From the NCBI GenBank assembly GCA_963665235.2, contig CAXXLX010000001.1, positions 896,001 through 960,000 of the forward strand: 64,000 nucleotides of DNA. The letters run 5' to 3'. Shown piece by piece: positions 61,693 to 64,000 of the stretch. A program made the translations under genes and the position numbers. The stretch is from Candidatus Poribacteria bacterium (GTDB taxonomy: Bacteria > Poribacteria > WGA-4E > WGA-3G). The first letter of the stretch is position 1; every line of letters begins with the position of its first letter. The notes beneath the pieces are model-generated. The model worked only from the letters and a program-made list of their open reading frames with translations. It did not search any database and had not been told where the DNA came from.

Positions 61693-62608
61693 GGGTGTGT
61701 AAAGTTTTTGTACTATGATAGAGGGAAGGGTGGAAGCGTGAATTTCGGGTGTGTTGTCTGAATCGCGGATTTATCGGATTTCGCGGATTTTAAGATGCGT
61801 AGCAATAGAAGGTTTGTGATTATGAGCTAGTGTGTTGTGTATTCTATAAAGATACCGCCCCGCTGGGGCTAGTTTGTGTTGTGTTGTTGTGTATTCTATA
61901 AAGATACCGCCCCGCTGGGGCTAGCTTGTCTGGCCCTTGTGCTTCTATAAAGATACCGCCCCGCTGGGGCTAGTTTGTGTTGTGTTGTTGTGTATTCTAT
62001 AAAGATACCGCCCCGCTGGGGCTAGCTTGTCTGGCCCTTGTGCTTCTATAAAGATACCGCCCCGCTGGGGCTAGTTTGTGTTGTGTTGTTGTGTATTCTA
62101 TAAAGATACCGCCCCGCTGGGGCTAGCTTGTCTGGCCCTTGTGCTTCTATAAAGATACCGCCCCGCTGGGGCTAGTTTGTGTTGTGTTGTTGTGTATTCT
62201 ATAAAGATACCGCCCCGCTGGGGCTAGCTTGTCTGGCCCTTGTGCTTCTATAAAGATACCGCCCCGCTGGGGCTAGTTTGTGTTGTGTTGTTGTGTATTC
62301 TATAAAGATACCGCCCCGCTGGGGCTAGCTTGTCTGGCCCTTGTGCTTCTATAAAGATACCGCCCCGCTGGGGCTAGCTTGTCTGGCGTTCACATTAAAC
62401 ATGTTGCCCCGATACCCCTAGTCCCGTAGGGACGATATATTTATAGAAGTAGATGTTCCGACAACCGCTAGTCCCGTAGGGACGATATATTTATAGAAGT
62501 AGATGTTTCGCAACCGCTAGTCCCGTAGGGACGATATATTTATAGAGATTAGTGAAAACGGACATTTATTTTCAAACTCACGTTTAAGTACAAAAATTTT
62601 ACACACCC
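61693..62608. mobile_element. Complete MITE with 22-bp TIRs and 9-bp target duplication, carrying palindrome arrays
   Basis: GGGTGTGTAAAGTTTTTGTACT / AGTACAAAAATTTTACACACCC (21/22); GCTGCGCGA at 61684-61692 and 62609-62617. Confidence 0.9.
61843..62547. repeat. 11 copies of ttctataaagataccgccccgctggggctag with two alternating linkers, then 3 oppositely oriented ctagtcccgtagggacgatatatttataga units
   Basis: About 101-bp dimer period; linkers recur, so not CRISPR. Confidence 0.88.
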
Positions 62609-62624
62609 GCTGCGCGAAAAAGAC

Positions 62625-62653
62625 TTGACACGTTTTAAATAATACCTTATACT
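62625..62653 (+). promoter_or_regulatory. sigma70-type promoter
   Basis: TTGACA-17 bp-TATACT. Confidence 0.6.
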
Positions 62654-62737
62654 TACTATAAAAGTCAAGTAGTTTGTTAGGAATAGGCAGAGCCATTTAG
62701 TTTTACAGATTCACTGGACAGATGTGTATATGTCCTC

Positions 62738-62850
62738 TGTAGGAGCGTGCTTGGCACGCGATACATTATATCACATACGGACACAGACAAATCCCAGTAT
62801 TCAGGCAAGTAGGCCGCTCCTTCACATCGCGAGCACAGCTCGCTCCTACA
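62738..62850. repeat. Inverted REP doublet (REPIN-like)
   Basis: tgtaggagcgtgcttggcacgcga ... tcgcgagcacagctcgctcctaca in opposite orientation. Confidence 0.7.
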
Positions 62851-63050
62851 TAAGAGGTTTGTTGAGCAACCGGCGAAAATATCGAGAACTAAATAACCCT
62901 GTAGGAATAGGATGCTGCGTGCGCCAGACAAAACCTTTTTTAACGGATATCGGCTTTCGGAACCATCAGCAGAAAGGGTGTTATTCGCGTCCCCTATCTA
63001 ATTGCTGACTGCTATTTCCTGCTAACAGCTATTATCATTGGAGAAAAAAA

Positions 63051-64000
63051 ATGACAACACCACTTACCGAATACTGTTTCTCTTTTGGGCCCTGGAATAT
63101 ACATGAGGGTGCAGACCCTTTTGGCCCGCCTGTTCGGGAGTCGTTCAGTTTTGATGAAAAGATTTCATTTTACCGTGACCTCGGTTTTATTGGGGTTCAA
63201 TTTCATGACGATGACGTTGTGCCGGACATTGACGATAAAACGCATGCCCAATTGATGGCACAGGCCCAAAAAGTTAAAACGCAGCTGGATAATCACGGTT
63301 TGACCCCCGAGGTCATCGCGCCCCGTTTGTGGGAATCACCGCTGACGATTGATGGTGCCTACACTGCAAATTCCGAAAAAGAACGACAGTACGCGCTGGA
63401 CCGTTCAAAACGGTGTATTGATATTGCGAATGTTCTCGGTTGTAAAAATCTTGTGCTATGGCTTGCGCGGGAGGGCACATATATCCGTGAATCGAAGTGT
63501 GCTTCGGGTGCAGTCGGGCAGATTCTGGATGCGATTAATGTGTTATTAGCGTACGATGCGGACATTCGGATTTTAATTGAACCGAAACCGAATGAACCGA
63601 TGGATATGGCTTACATCCCAACAATTGGACACGCTATCGGTTTGGCTTACGCAAGTGATGACCCTGAACGTGTCGGGGGTCTCATAGAAACCGCCCACGC
63701 GATTCTGGCAGGATTAGAGCCATCTGATGAAATGGCGTACGCCTTATATCACAAGAAACTCTGGAGTGTGCATCTCAACGACCAGAACGGTCTTAAATTT
63801 GACCAAGACAAAGCGTTCGGCTCTGCCAACCTGCGCCGCGCCTTTAATCAGGTGCGAGTCCTTGAAGAGAATGGCTACGGCAGGAACGGCGAATTCATCG
63901 GATTGGATGTGAAGGTGATGCGAACGCAACCACGCGATATTTCAACCAAACACCTATTGAGCAGTCGCGAAACCTTCCTTAACCTACTTGAGAAGGTGCG
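63051..64000 (+). CDS. xylA: Xylose isomerase-family protein (runs off the window; absent from the ORF track)
   Basis: GGAG RBS; FSFGPW, GADPFG, QFHDDD, W.AREG, IEPKPNEP, E.AH, HLNDQNG.KFDQD. Confidence 0.82.
   Translation, partial: MTTPLTEYCFSFGPWNIHEGADPFGPPVRESFSFDEKISFYRDLGFIGVQFHDDDVVPDIDDKTHAQLMAQAQKVKTQLDNHGLTPEVIAPRLWESPLTIDGAYTANSEKERQYALDRSKRCIDIANVLGCKNLVLWLAREGTYIRESKCASGAVGQILDAINVLLAYDADIRILIEPKPNEPMDMAYIPTIGHAIGLAYASDDPERVGGLIETAHAILAGLEPSDEMAYALYHKKLWSVHLNDQNGLKFDQDKAFGSANLRRAFNQVRVLEENGYGRNGEFIGLDVKVMRTQPRDISTKHLLSSRETFLNLLEKV

Noticed and set aside
61843-62380. CRISPR array
   Set aside because: The spacers are only two alternating 18-21 bp linkers, no cas genes are present, and the array lies within a MITE.
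1-64000. tRNA or rRNA genes
   Set aside because: I recognised no cloverleaf/TTCGA-CCA patterns or rRNA signatures by eye.

Overview
Bacterial chromosomal window of about 48-50% GC. The gene content (LamG and TolB-like proteins ending in a 'K-x3-RWG-x-LK' tail, PhyH dioxygenase, many TPR proteins) resembles Candidatus Poribacteria; this taxonomic call is inference. Housekeeping and metabolic genes are holA, thrC, argF, dapF, dapA, sodA, dacB, ygfZ-like and xylA-like. There is also a Czc/Cus-type metal efflux operon, a TPR/DUF4268/patatin cluster, an S8 protease and an unusual CBM9-POTRA-Omp85 gene. Three things stand out. (1) A 34.4-44.2 kb locus holds an ECF sigma factor with a duplicated sigma4-like tail and four paralogous genes that share a near-identical 5' module (MLREYFTNRW... 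membrane anchor) but have two different C-terminal types. A repeated ECF-type promoter motif precedes the sigma gene and three of the four paralogs, and three paralogs are followed by a secreted partner gene. (2) An IsrB (OMEGA) element with its omegaRNA region sits exactly between the RBS and the ATG(A) of one partner gene, so both guide and TAM can be read from the sequence. (3) A dense, nested population of REP palindrome tandem arrays is carried inside at least three different MITE families (TIRs and target duplications visible), and one REP array is read as peptide repeats inside the efflux adaptor gene. Several frameshifts in homopolymers suggest residual assembly errors.
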